From Candidatus Uhrbacteria bacterium RIFCSPLOWO2_01_FULL_47_25 (GTDB lineage: Bacteria > Patescibacteriota > Patescibacteriia > GWA2-46-9): a stretch of DNA of 64,000 nucleotides. The stretch lies in NCBI GenBank assembly GCA_001791325.1, contig MGEK01000004.1, forward strand, positions 8,566-72,565, in the 5' to 3' direction. Made by a program: the position numbers and the translations under genes. The notes under the pieces are model-generated. The model was given only the letters and a program-made list of their open reading frames with translations, had not been told where the DNA came from and ran no database searches. Position 1 is the first letter of the stretch; each line of letters opens with the position of its first letter. Positions 34,714 to 43,497 of this stretch are shown here, one piece after another.

Positions 34714-35397
34714 ATGTATGAACACACATTGGGGCAAGTGCTTTGGTTGGCCTTTCGAGATACAATTGAAAGCCTGCTTATATATTTGCCTTTAGTTTTT
34801 GGGGGATTATTGATATTTGTAGGCGGATGGGTGGCGGCTGGATTGATTGGCCGAGGGGTAGAGCGTTTAGGGGAATATTTGGGGCTAGATTACGTTTGGG
34901 AAAGGTTACGACTGAATGAGCCATTGATGTATATATGGCCAAAGCAGGCCATATCTCACGCTTTGGGGATGCTTGTTCGCTGGCTTTTGATCTTTTTATT
35001 GCTATCGGCCGTAGCTGAGGCGTTACATTTGTCTGCCGTGACAGGCTTCCTGCAATCACTAGTTAGTTATCTGCCGCACCTCGTGTCGGCTATAGTAATT
35101 TTAATGATCGGCGTGCTAGCAGCCGGTGTTTTGGATAAATTGACGACCATTGGCGTGGTGGCTACTCGCTTTGGGCCGAGTGATTTGCTTGGGGCTGTTA
35201 TTCGCTGGAGTGTTTTGATTTTTTCTTTCTTGGCCGCCGCTAGAGAACTGGGCGTTTCTAATGATTTAATCCAAACGGTAATAACAGGATTTGTGGCTAT
35301 GTTGGCTATAGCCGGAGGCATTGCTTTTGGTCTTGGCGGTAAAGATTATGTGACTGGTCTTATCAGTAAAATTAATCGTGACTTCACGCGCCAATAA
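34714..35397 (+). CDS. small membrane protein with two 'conserved TM helix' (MscS N-terminal-like) repeats
   Basis: Two hydrophobic repeat units; no channel domain. Confidence 0.4.
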   Translation: MYEHTLGQVLWLAFRDTIESLLIYLPLVFGGLLIFVGGWVAAGLIGRGVERLGEYLGLDYVWERLRLNEPLMYIWPKQAISHALGMLVRWLLIFLLLSAVAEALHLSAVTGFLQSLVSYLPHLVSAIVILMIGVLAAGVLDKLTTIGVVATRFGPSDLLGAVIRWSVLIFSFLAAARELGVSNDLIQTVITGFVAMLAIAGGIAFGLGGKDYVTGLISKINRDFTRQ

Positions 35398-35431
35398 TTA
35401 AAACTAAAGCTTATCTTTATGCGCTTAATTT

Positions 35432-35533
35432 ACCCCGTTAGAGAATGCCCCGCTCCGCCCCGCCGCGGCGGGGTGCAATTTCCCCGTACGAGCACGACGG
35501 GGTCTAATGCCCCGTGCGAGTTCTCTAACGGGG
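35432..35533. mobile_element. MITE/RPE-like element family 1, copy 4
   Basis: CCCCGTTAGAGAATGCCCCGC...GTGCGAGTTCTCTAACGGGG. One frame translates without stops to NPVRELARGIRP...GAFSNGV (spurious ORF 35425..35649). Confidence 0.65.
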
Positions 35534-35571
35534 TTTGCTAGATTATTGGCATCTGTTTTATATTCAGATCC

Positions 35572-35647
35572 GTGGGTCCGTAGCTCAATGGTAGAGCAAG
35601 AGCCTTTTAAGCTCGAGGTTCTGGGTTCGAGTCCCAGCGGACCCACC
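35572..35647 (+). tRNA. tRNA-Lys(TTT)
   Basis: GTGGGTC/GACCCAC acceptor; anticodon loop CTTTTAA; T-arm CTGGG-TTCGAGT-CCCAG. Confidence 0.8.
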
Positions 35648-35771
35648 ATAGATAGAGATATAAATAAAATAAAAAGTTCTAGTTGTGATATTATTTTTTA
35701 TAATATGACACTATGGGGCGGGCATAGGGTATTCTGGAAGGTGCGGGATAAATCTATTTAGTAATTATCAA

Positions 35772-36446
35772 ATGGCATTTCTTGATAAGCTTATTCTTAA
35801 TGAAGGCGAGGAGCTTGTCAGCGTCACCAGAGCGCATTGGTTGGCGGTGCTTGCGCCTTATGTGATTATCGCGCTAATTTTCTTAGCGCCGTTCTTTTTT
35901 CTCTGGCCATTGTTTCAATTTGGCTCTATTGGAGTTTATGTTTTTTTCGTTATTATTTTTATTGCTATATTTTTGGCGGCGCGAGAAAATCGTCGCTGGC
36001 AACGCAGTATGCTAGTTTTAACATCAACCCGCCTTTTATGGTTTGAACAAAAAGGCTTTTTTGATCGTACGGTAACTGAAACTTTTTATCAAAACATCCA
36101 GGATATATCTTATCGCATTAAAGGATTTTTTCAGACTATGGCTCATTTCGGGTCATTGCGCGTTCAGATTGCCGGAGCTAGTGGGCCGCTTGAAATCAAA
36201 TATTTGCCCAATCCTGATAAAATTCAACATGTGATTCTTGATTTTCGGGAACAAAAAAGAGCAGTTGTATCTGGCGCCGATAATGAATGGTGGGAGGATC
36301 GTATATCAGCTATGAGTAAGGAGGAGCGGCAAATTTTTTTTAGCAATATTCGCAATCAAATTGGCGAGGAGGCTTGGTATAATTTATTCAGACCAAAAAC
36401 TCAAAGCAGTGTTAAAGACAGAAACTTGCCCGAGGCGCTCCTCTAA
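35772..36446 (+). CDS. membrane protein with bacterial PH (bPH_2, YdbS/YdbT-like) domain
   Basis: Two TM helices then LVLTSTRLLWFEQKGFFDRTVTETFYQNIQDISYRIKGF. Confidence 0.5.
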   Translation: MAFLDKLILNEGEELVSVTRAHWLAVLAPYVIIALIFLAPFFFLWPLFQFGSIGVYVFFVIIFIAIFLAARENRRWQRSMLVLTSTRLLWFEQKGFFDRTVTETFYQNIQDISYRIKGFFQTMAHFGSLRVQIAGASGPLEIKYLPNPDKIQHVILDFREQKRAVVSGADNEWWEDRISAMSKEERQIFFSNIRNQIGEEAWYNLFRPKTQSSVKDRNLPEALL

Positions 36447-36460
36447 AGTAAAATATCCGT

Positions 36461-36874
36461 ATGCATGTGGTCAATCGCCTAGGCGATCTTAAATCGTGGC
36501 TACCGTGGATTATAGGTATTTTGATAGCCTTAATGTCGCTGGCGATTGGAAAACTGGCGGTTAAGAGGTATAGTATACAGCAGGAAATTAAGGCCGAGCA
36601 ACGGGAAATATCCTTAGCGGGCGCTAGGAATGACGAGCTGTTAACGCTTTTGCAATACGTTCAATCGCCGATTTATGCCGAGGAGCAGGCGCGACTGAAG
36701 TTCGGTTTGGCTAAACCGGGCGAGAAGGCAGCTGTTGTGCCAGATGTTAATAGCGGAAATACTGATAATGGCGCGGGAACCCTGTTTGAGAAATCAAATG
36801 GCGACATTGAATCAGGGCAACCAAATTATCAAAAATGGTGGAATTATTTTTTTGCAAGTTATGAATGGCAATAA
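36461..36874 (+). CDS. septum formation initiator (FtsB/DivIC-like)
   Basis: Single TM + coiled coil + EEQARLKFGLAKPGEKAAVV. Confidence 0.6.
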   Translation: MHVVNRLGDLKSWLPWIIGILIALMSLAIGKLAVKRYSIQQEIKAEQREISLAGARNDELLTLLQYVQSPIYAEEQARLKFGLAKPGEKAAVVPDVNSGNTDNGAGTLFEKSNGDIESGQPNYQKWWNYFFASYEWQ

Positions 36875-37853
36875 AGTAACGGAAGATATAAATAAGGCCA
36901 GTGAATCATTTGATTCAAATAAAACTGCGGATAAAGAGAAAAGCCGAGAGGCCATGCGCTCAATAGTTTTACGATGGATTGAAAGCGAGGATGAAAAAAT
37001 AAAAAAACATAATATAGAAGAAGAATCCGTTGTTAAAGATGATAGGGGAAAAAGAATAATTGAAGCGCGGTCATTTGATATCGCCACCGTAGAAAAAACC
37101 GAAAGGGAAAAAGAAACTATTCACAAAGCTCGTCAGCCAAAAGCGTTGTCGGTCAAGAAAAGAGAGCAACCATCAGGAGAAATGGTGGATCGCCGAGAGC
37201 GCGACATTCCGGAATTCCATGTTACTCCCTCATTGCTACCGCGCCGTAAAGTGACCAACGGATTGGCAGTGCTGTATTCTTTTATATGGGTTACGTTTAT
37301 CGCGGGTATAATGATTTTAAGTTTTGGTGTTTACAAACTAGGGTGGAATGACCCTTTGACCAATCAATTATTGAACTACGTGCCATTGCCGTATGGTTTT
37401 GTTCGTTATCATCCAATTTGGTACAGTATTTATCGTCAGGAATACCAAGCCATTAGTCGTTTTCGCGGTCAACAAGCAGTAAGCACTCGTTTAACTGTTT
37501 CGCCCGAAGAGATTGAAGGGATTTTATTAAGGCGAACGATTGCCAATGATTTAGCGTGGAGTAATGGTTTATGGGTTACTAGCGAAGAAGTAGAGGGTGA
37601 ATTTGACAGTATTGCATCAAGGGCTGGATCAACAGAAGAGGTTGAACGTGCCATACAATCATTATGGGGATACAGCCTTGATGAATATAAGCAACGTGTA
37701 ATTAGACCGTATTTGCTCAAAAAGAAATTATTCGCTGTTTTGGCCGCCAACAATTTATTGCGTCGTAAAACCAGTGAGGCTAACGATTTACAAGTACTTG
37801 ACGCCTATCTTGATGGGCTTAGGGCATCAACGCCAGTGGTACTGTTTCGCTAA
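36861..37853 (+). CDS. hypothetical membrane protein with SurA-N/PpiD-like C-terminal region (start set at ATG 36861 overlapping the FtsB stop; the longer listed ORF starts inside ftsB)
   Basis: TM GLAVLYSFIWVTFIAGIMILSF; no strong motifs. Confidence 0.4.
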   Translation: MNGNKVTEDINKASESFDSNKTADKEKSREAMRSIVLRWIESEDEKIKKHNIEEESVVKDDRGKRIIEARSFDIATVEKTEREKETIHKARQPKALSVKKREQPSGEMVDRRERDIPEFHVTPSLLPRRKVTNGLAVLYSFIWVTFIAGIMILSFGVYKLGWNDPLTNQLLNYVPLPYGFVRYHPIWYSIYRQEYQAISRFRGQQAVSTRLTVSPEEIEGILLRRTIANDLAWSNGLWVTSEEVEGEFDSIASRAGSTEEVERAIQSLWGYSLDEYKQRVIRPYLLKKKLFAVLAANNLLRRKTSEANDLQVLDAYLDGLRASTPVVLFR

Positions 37854-37884
37854 TCCCGTTAAAGCCCAAAGATAAAAATTTATA

Positions 37885-38011
37885 TGGAGCTGGAGGCGAG
37901 ATTTGAACTCGCGACCCATCGCTTACGAAGCGATTGCCCCGCCTGCCATCGCCTAAGCTTCCTGTTAGAATTGAACTGACGTCCGCGGTTTACCTGCCCG
38001 CCATTTGCCTA
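37885..38011 (-). pseudogene. tRNA-derived fragments: 3' two-thirds of a tRNA (anticodon arm ATCGC-TTCGTAA-GCGAT, T-arm GCGAG-TTCAAAT-CTCGC, CTCCAGC-T-CCA) without a matching 5' acceptor strand, plus palindromic stem arms
   Basis: Reverse complement read directly; required acceptor 5' strand GCTGGAG is absent. Confidence 0.45.
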
Positions 38012-38083
38012 AGCCAGCGGTGAGATTTGAACTCACGACCTCTGCTTTACGAAAGCATTGCTCTACCTCTGAGCTACGCTGGC
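38012..38083 (-). tRNA. tRNA-Thr(CGT)
   Basis: Reverse complement GCCAGCG-TA-GCTC-AGAGGTA-GAGC-A-ATGCT-TTCGTAA-AGCAG-AGGTC-GTGAG-TTCAAAT-CTCAC-CGCTGGC-T. Confidence 0.8.
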
Positions 38084-38190
38084 AAATCGCGATGGCAGGC
38101 GGGCGATACCGCTGTTCTACCACTGAACTAAGGAGGCTCGGGACATGGCGGGCAGGTCTACCGTTGAGCTACTCCGGCATGCTTTAATAA
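38084..38190 (-). pseudogene. tRNA 5'-half-like fragment (GCCTCCTTAGTTCAGTGGTAGAACAGCGG) plus stem arms complementary to 37937-37954 / 37985-38009
   Basis: D-arm recognisable; no cognate 3' half. Confidence 0.4.
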
Positions 38191-38194
38191 AATA

Positions 38195-38265
38195 AGCGGG
38201 ATACCGGGATCGAACCGGTGCTCTCAGCTTGGGAAGCTGATGTAATGCCACTATACTAATCCCGC
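38195..38265 (-). tRNA. tRNA-Gly(CCC)
   Basis: Reverse complement GCGGGAT-TA-GTAT-AGTGGC-ATTAC-A-TCAGC-TTCCCAA-GCTGA-GAG-CACCGG-TTCGATC-CCGGT-ATCCCGC-T. Confidence 0.8.
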
Positions 38266-38269
38266 AAAA

Positions 38270-38340
38270 GATACGGGTAACCCCGCTTAGCGGGGTGTTC
38301 CTAGCTTGGGAAGCTAGTGTACTGCCATTGTACTACACCC
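38270..38340 (-). pseudogene. tRNA-Gly(CCC)-like 5' two-thirds (acceptor GCGGGTG, D-arm, anticodon arm CTAGC-TTCCCAA-GCTAG) followed by a CCCCGC-TAA-GCGGGG hairpin instead of a T-arm
   Basis: Reverse complement read directly. Confidence 0.45.
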
Positions 38341-38540
38341 GCACGATACACGACCATAGCCAATCGGTTCTTCTTTTGATATAATAAAAAACAAAACTTG
38401 TCAGAATACGTTATACGTTTCTAGAGTATAGAAAATGGAGCATTTATTGGCAAGGTGTTGGGTGATATTTGCCAGTCTGCCGCTCTTTTTTATTAAATTT
38501 CACGAATTCCCGAGCATAAGTTCGGAGATTATTTAGAAGA

Positions 38541-39221
38541 ATGATTCATCTAAAAGGCGTTACCAAACAATATCCCGGCAACATAGTTGCCATCCGTAAT
38601 ATAACCCTGCACATTGAACCGGGTGAGTTTGTTTCCGTAGTTGGTCAGTCGGGCGCCGGCAAAAGCACGATAGTGCGCCTATTGATGGCCGAAGAAGCGG
38701 CTAGCCGCGGTCGTATTATTGTGGGAGGCTGGGATATCACCGGCATTAAAAGACGAGAAATACCAGTTCTAAGACGCCAGATCGGCGTTGTGTTTCAAGA
38801 TTATAAGCTGCTGCGCAAGAAGACAATTTTTGAAAATGTTTCCTTTGCCCTAGAAGTATGCGGGGAGCCGCGCCAAAAAATTAAGACTCTCGTGCCGCAA
38901 CTCTTAAAAATAGTTGGGCTTGAAAATCAGCAGAGAAGATTCCCAGATCAACTATCTGGCGGAGAACAGCAAAGAGTGAGCATTGCGCGAGCGTTAGCCC
39001 ACAGACCCAAGCTTCTTTTGGCGGATGAACCAACGGGCAATCTTGATTCGCTTAATGCTCAAGAGATTGTTGACGTATTACGTAAAATCAATGAACTCGG
39101 CACCACTATTATGTTAGTGACGCACAATCGTGACATCGTTAACGCTTTAAAAAAGCGGGTAATTACGCTTGATCACGGCGAAATAATATCTGATCAAGCA
39201 GTAGGCCGTTATGTTTTATAG
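38541..39221 (+). CDS. ftsE: cell division ATP-binding protein FtsE
   Basis: ABC ATPase with [35 protein letters not shown]. Confidence 0.85.
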   Translation: MIHLKGVTKQYPGNIVAIRNITLHIEPGEFVSVVGQSGAGKSTIVRLLMAEEAASRGRIIVGGWDITGIKRREIPVLRRQIGVVFQDYKLLRKKTIFENVSFALEVCGEPRQKIKTLVPQLLKIVGLENQQRRFPDQLSGGEQQRVSIARALAHRPKLLLADEPTGNLDSLNAQEIVDVLRKINELGTTIMLVTHNRDIVNALKKRVITLDHGEIISDQAVGRYVL

Positions 39222-40128
39222 CATCTGGCGTATTATAAAATTTAGCAGCACAAATATCTGGAGAAATTTTTGGCTGTCTTTTATTACTACCAGTACGATC
39301 ATCATCACCCTCATGAGTGTTAGTCTGGTCTGGGCACTGCAGATTGGGTTAAAACAAATTATTAGCTCGGCCGAAAAACGAATTGATATGTCCGTGTATT
39401 TTTATCCATCAATCACTGATGCCCAGGCCAATAGCGTGATTACTGCCCTAAAGACTATCCCCGGTGTTCAAGAAATTGCTTTTGTGACAAAAGAACAGGC
39501 CCTAGCCAATTATGAAAAAATGGCCAAGGACTCTCCGGAGTTATTGGACCCGCTTTCTGCGATCGGTCAAAATCCTTTTGGTTCATCAATTATTATTAAA
39601 ACCAATGAACCATCGGCGTACTCCGGCGTCATTGAGGAATTAAACAAGCCGCAGTACAAGGATTTAATTGAAGGGCAGAAAAAAGACTATGAGGAGAACC
39701 GACTATTTATTGATTCATTCTCCGCATTTACAAATAAGGTTAGACTATCAGGATTAATCATAAGTTTCATTTTTGCTATTATAGCCGTGCTCTTAATTTT
39801 TAACGCGATCAGAGTGGCTATTTACACGCAACGCGAGGAAATCGCTATTATGAAACTGGTTGGCGCTTCCAACTGGTTTGTCCGCGTGCCATTCTTAATA
39901 GAAACCGCGATTTATAGCGCCATTGCCATTATCATAAGCGGGGGTTTATTCTTTGCTCTTTTATATTTTGTACAGCCATATTTAGGGATCTATTTTGGCG
40001 GAGATGTTGACCTTCTGGGTTATTTCACTGATAATGCAGTAACTTTTTTGGGGCTTGAATTTATAGTCCTAGCATCGTTGAATGTTTTAGTGGGCAGTTT
40101 GGCTCTGCGGCGTTATCTTAAAGTTTAG
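39211..40128 (+). CDS. ftsX: cell division permease FtsX
   Basis: FtsX topology; extracellular domain; IAIMKLVGASNWFVRVPF. Confidence 0.8.
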   Translation: MFYSIWRIIKFSSTNIWRNFWLSFITTSTIIITLMSVSLVWALQIGLKQIISSAEKRIDMSVYFYPSITDAQANSVITALKTIPGVQEIAFVTKEQALANYEKMAKDSPELLDPLSAIGQNPFGSSIIIKTNEPSAYSGVIEELNKPQYKDLIEGQKKDYEENRLFIDSFSAFTNKVRLSGLIISFIFAIIAVLLIFNAIRVAIYTQREEIAIMKLVGASNWFVRVPFLIETAIYSAIAIIISGGLFFALLYFVQPYLGIYFGGDVDLLGYFTDNAVTFLGLEFIVLASLNVLVGSLALRRYLKV

Positions 40129-40160
40129 GTTAGCGGCTGGCGCGAAGTCCCGCCCTCTTC

Positions 40161-40231
40161 TCGGGGGTCGTCTAATGGCAGGACATCACCCTTTGGAGGT
40201 GAGTATGATGGTTCGAATCCATCCCCCCGAG
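40161..40231 (+). tRNA. tRNA-Gln(TTG) embedded in an ~18-bp extended acceptor helix (CCGCCCTCTTCTCGGGGG...CCCCCGAGAAGAGGGCGG)
   Basis: TCGGGGG/CCCCCGA acceptor; anticodon arm TCACC-CTTTGGA-GGTGA; T-arm GATGG-TTCGAAT-CCATC. Confidence 0.8.
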
Positions 40232-40289
40232 AAGAGGGCGGGAGAGCCGTGAACTCAATAGTTTAGAAATGGCATAGAGCTATAAATAG

Positions 40290-40793
40290 ATGAGCATGGT
40301 TAGAAGAAATTATGTTATCGCCGCAAGTATCTGGTTAATTTTAATCTTAGCTGTTTTTTTAATTGCTTTTGCAATGGCCATTAATATCATCGTGTCTAAA
40401 AAACAAAGCAAGGAAATCATTGTTAACGGCGACAAGGCAGTGGTCAGTATTGGCAATACCCAACTGGTTGTTAGAATTGCCGACACACCGGCAAAACAAA
40501 ACAAAGGCTTGGGAGGCCAAACCAATCTGGGCGCAAACGAAGGCATACTTTTCGTTTTTACAAAATCAGATTACTATTCTTTTTGGATGAAAGATATGCT
40601 TTTCCCGATTGATATAATCTGGATAGGGGAGAACGGCCAAGTGATGGGGGTCACTGAACACGTCAAGCCCGATTCATTTCCACGAACGTATCAACCGCCA
40701 ACAGCCGCCCGATATGTTCTTGAGGTTCAAGATGGATGGGCACAACGGTACAAAATTAAAGTTGGTGATTTAGTTACTATTAAAGAAAATTAA
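40290..40793 (+). CDS. DUF192 (COG1430) family protein
   Basis: N-terminal TM; MLFPIDIIWIGENGQVMGV. Confidence 0.65.
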   Translation: MSMVRRNYVIAASIWLILILAVFLIAFAMAINIIVSKKQSKEIIVNGDKAVVSIGNTQLVVRIADTPAKQNKGLGGQTNLGANEGILFVFTKSDYYSFWMKDMLFPIDIIWIGENGQVMGVTEHVKPDSFPRTYQPPTAARYVLEVQDGWAQRYKIKVGDLVTIKEN

Positions 40794-40806
40794 TTTTTAA
40801 GGTATG

Positions 40807-40952
40807 CCCCGTTAAAAGTCTGACTCAATATAATTATCGCATCTTTAACCATGACACTATCTATCAATCAATTAAATATCATCCCGCATGGCGGGACCAC
40901 AGAAGATAAAATTCTTTTGGGAATTTTATCTTCATAAGGACTTCTAACGGGG
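40807..40952. mobile_element. MITE/RPE-like element family 1, copy 5, inserted at the antiporter start codon (TATG duplicated; ...CTTCTAACGGGG-T-ATG)
   Basis: TIRs CCCCGTTAAAAGTC / GACTTCTAACGGGG; flanks AAGGTATG|...|TATGCC. Confidence 0.65.
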
Positions 40953-40953
40953 T

Positions 40954-42651
40954 ATGCCAATTTTTTTGCAATTAAGCGCCATCTTGGGCATTGCTTTGGC
41001 GGTTTCTTTTATTGTTAAACAATTACGTCAGCCTTTGGTAATTGGCTATATCATTACCGGCATTATCGTTGGACCTATGTTTTTGGGATTGGTGCGTCCT
41101 GGCGACACTATTGAGTCATTTGGACAGATAGGCGTAGCGCTTTTGTTGTTTATTGTCGGCCTCGGTCTTAAACCAGAAATAATTAAAGAGGTTGGGCGAA
41201 CATCTGTGGTGACCGGCCTTGGACAAATTATTTTCACCGCCGTTATTGGTTTCGCCATAGGAGTTGCCTTGCATTACGATGTTATTACGGCATTGTATCT
41301 TGCCATCGCTTTTACTTTTTCCAGCACCATTATTGTTTTGCAGCTGCTTTACAGCAAAGATGAGCAGGATACATTATATGGCCGCGTTGCTATCGGTTTT
41401 TTGTTAGTGCAGGATTTTGTCGCTCTTTTGTTATTTTTATTTTTAACCAGCGCTAGCGCAAACGATAGCGGTATTTATGGATTTTTTGCCGCTATGTCTT
41501 TTAAGGTTTTAGCGATTGGCTTAGCCGTTTATTTGTTGAGCCGCGAGTTAGTGCCGCGCATTGATATGGCCTTTGCTCGCAGTCGCGAGGTGTTATTTCT
41601 TTTTGCTTTGACGAGCGCCTTGAGCCTGGCCACGCTTTTTGAGGCTTTGGGATTTTCTTTTCAGCTCGGCGCCTTGTCGGCTGGCGTTATTCTCTCCAGT
41701 TCTCCTTATCAGCGCGAAATTGCCGCTCGTCTGGCTACCTTACGAGATTTTTTTCTTATTATGTTTTTTGTTATTCTTGGCGCGAGCGTATCATTAGACA
41801 TCATTCAAAATTTTTGGCCCGCTATTATAATTTTCTCCCTCTTTATTCTTATTGGGAATCCCTTAATTGTTATTATTTTGATGCGGCATTTGGGTTACAC
41901 TTTGGAGACAAGTTTTTTTGCGGGGTTAACAGTCGCCCAAATCAGTGAATTTTCCTTAATCTTATTAGCCTTAGGAGTGAGTTTAAAGCATATTGCCGCG
42001 CCGGTTATGGGGGCGGCTACCGTAGTTGGGTTAATAACGATTTTTTTCTCTTCTTATTTTATTATTAACAATCGTCGTTTGTTGCGACTAATAGAGCCAT
42101 TGCTCAGGCGTATTTTTGGCGTTGACAAAAATCAAGTCGCGACCATAACGACAGAGCAACCACAAGTGATTTTATTTGGTTGCCACCGACTCGGCGGCGG
42201 GATCGTCGCCACTTTAAAAGAAAGGGAGATATCGTTGCTGGTAATTGATCATGACCCCGATGTTGTGCAAGAGTTGGAAACCGCGCATACTTCCTGCCTT
42301 TTCGGTTCCGCTGACGACATTAATTTTTTGGAAACCCTGCCCGTGTCGCAGTGCCAAACGTTTATTTCAACAATACCAGAGGAGGATGTTAATTTCGTGT
42401 TAGTGGAGTACCTGCGTCGCCGCAATCCCACAGCCATTATTCTATGTATTTCTAATCACCATCACCAGGCTTCTTCTTTGTACACGGCCGGCGCGACTTA
42501 CGTGATTGTGCCCCCGTATCTTGGTCGACGTTATCTGATTGAATTATTGCGCGAACATGGGCTAAACAAGCAAGGGTATTTGGCTGAACGCGAATTGCAC
42601 GAGCGGGAATTAGGCTATATGCAAAACGGCATTAATTCATCTGTGCTATAA
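40954..42651 (+). CDS. monovalent cation:proton antiporter (CPA2/Kef-type) with C-terminal TrkA-N-like domain
   Basis: 12-13 TM helices; Na_H_Exchanger-like N-terminus. Confidence 0.75.
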   Translation: MPIFLQLSAILGIALAVSFIVKQLRQPLVIGYIITGIIVGPMFLGLVRPGDTIESFGQIGVALLLFIVGLGLKPEIIKEVGRTSVVTGLGQIIFTAVIGFAIGVALHYDVITALYLAIAFTFSSTIIVLQLLYSKDEQDTLYGRVAIGFLLVQDFVALLLFLFLTSASANDSGIYGFFAAMSFKVLAIGLAVYLLSRELVPRIDMAFARSREVLFLFALTSALSLATLFEALGFSFQLGALSAGVILSSSPYQREIAARLATLRDFFLIMFFVILGASVSLDIIQNFWPAIIIFSLFILIGNPLIVIILMRHLGYTLETSFFAGLTVAQISEFSLILLALGVSLKHIAAPVMGAATVVGLITIFFSSYFIINNRRLLRLIEPLLRRIFGVDKNQVATITTEQPQVILFGCHRLGGGIVATLKEREISLLVIDHDPDVVQELETAHTSCLFGSADDINFLETLPVSQCQTFISTIPEEDVNFVLVEYLRRRNPTAIILCISNHHHQASSLYTAGATYVIVPPYLGRRYLIELLREHGLNKQGYLAERELHERELGYMQNGINSSVL

Positions 42652-42689
42652 TAGTTTGTATTAATCATTATCTATAAATCTAAAAATAT

Positions 42690-43319
42690 ATGATCAAAGC
42701 TAGCATTATTATCATAACGACCATTATTTTATTATTTATTTTTTTATTTTATGCGCGTCTCAACAAGTCCAAACAAGGCCCTCCTTTATCTAGTGAAAAC
42801 ATTATAGAAAACATATCTGAAGATAATAATATGGTACAATCAACCTCAAAATATACTTTTCCCGGTATACTACCCAACGAACGTATCCATGGCAAACGCG
42901 CGACGATCGCCACTAATAAAGGAAATATCACAATTAAGCTTTTAGACGAGGAAGCGCCCCTAGCGGTAAGTAATTTTGTTTATTTGGTCGAAGCCGGCTT
43001 TTATAATGGTTTAACCTTTCATAGAGTGGTGCCGAATTTTGTGATACAGGGTGGAGACCCTGACGGCGATGGCACTGGCGGACCGGGGTATAAATTTTCT
43101 GACGAGCCGGTTAGCAAAGAATATAAGCGCGGCATTGTGGCCATGGCCAACGCCGGAGCAAATACCAATGGTTCACAATTTTTTATTGTTCTTAAGGATC
43201 AGCCAACATTACCCAAAAACTATACTATATTCGGTGAAGTTATTGATGGCATGGATATTGTTGATAAAATTATTATAGGCGATACAATGCAGACAATATC
43301 ATTAAGTAATAATAATTAG
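42690..43319 (+). CDS. cyclophilin-type peptidyl-prolyl cis-trans isomerase
   Basis: FHRVVPNFVIQGGDP...MANAGANTNGSQFFIV. Confidence 0.85.
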   Translation: MIKASIIIITTIILLFIFLFYARLNKSKQGPPLSSENIIENISEDNNMVQSTSKYTFPGILPNERIHGKRATIATNKGNITIKLLDEEAPLAVSNFVYLVEAGFYNGLTFHRVVPNFVIQGGDPDGDGTGGPGYKFSDEPVSKEYKRGIVAMANAGANTNGSQFFIVLKDQPTLPKNYTIFGEVIDGMDIVDKIIIGDTMQTISLSNNN

Positions 43320-43368
43320 GGTACAAATGTATGGAAAGATCTAAATTATCCTATATCCATCCCGCACC

Positions 43369-43497
43369 ATGCAGGATACCTTCCGCCCGAGGCGCTCGCC
43401 TGCCGGACGGGCAGGGATCGGCGCGGGAGGGAATGCTAAAGAGATTCTTGAAGGGAATTATGCCAGATGCCGAGGTCCACAAGTCATGGTGCGGGAT
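43369..43497. mobile_element. MITE-like element family 2, copy E3 (ATCCCGCACCATG...CATGGTGCGGGAT) lying in the 5' end/leader of the htrA-like gene in an open reading frame
   Basis: 13-bp perfect TIRs; ATCCAT direct flanks; internal GC-rich hairpins. Confidence 0.55.

Noticed and set aside
35425-35761. ORFs 35425..35649(-) and 35507..35761(+)
   Set aside because: They cover tRNA-Lys and MITE copy 4. The minus-strand one is merely the stop-free frame of the palindromic element. It is used as evidence for the element, not called as a gene.
38005-38187. ORF 38005..38187(+)
   Set aside because: It lies entirely over the minus-strand tRNA-Thr and tRNA fragments.
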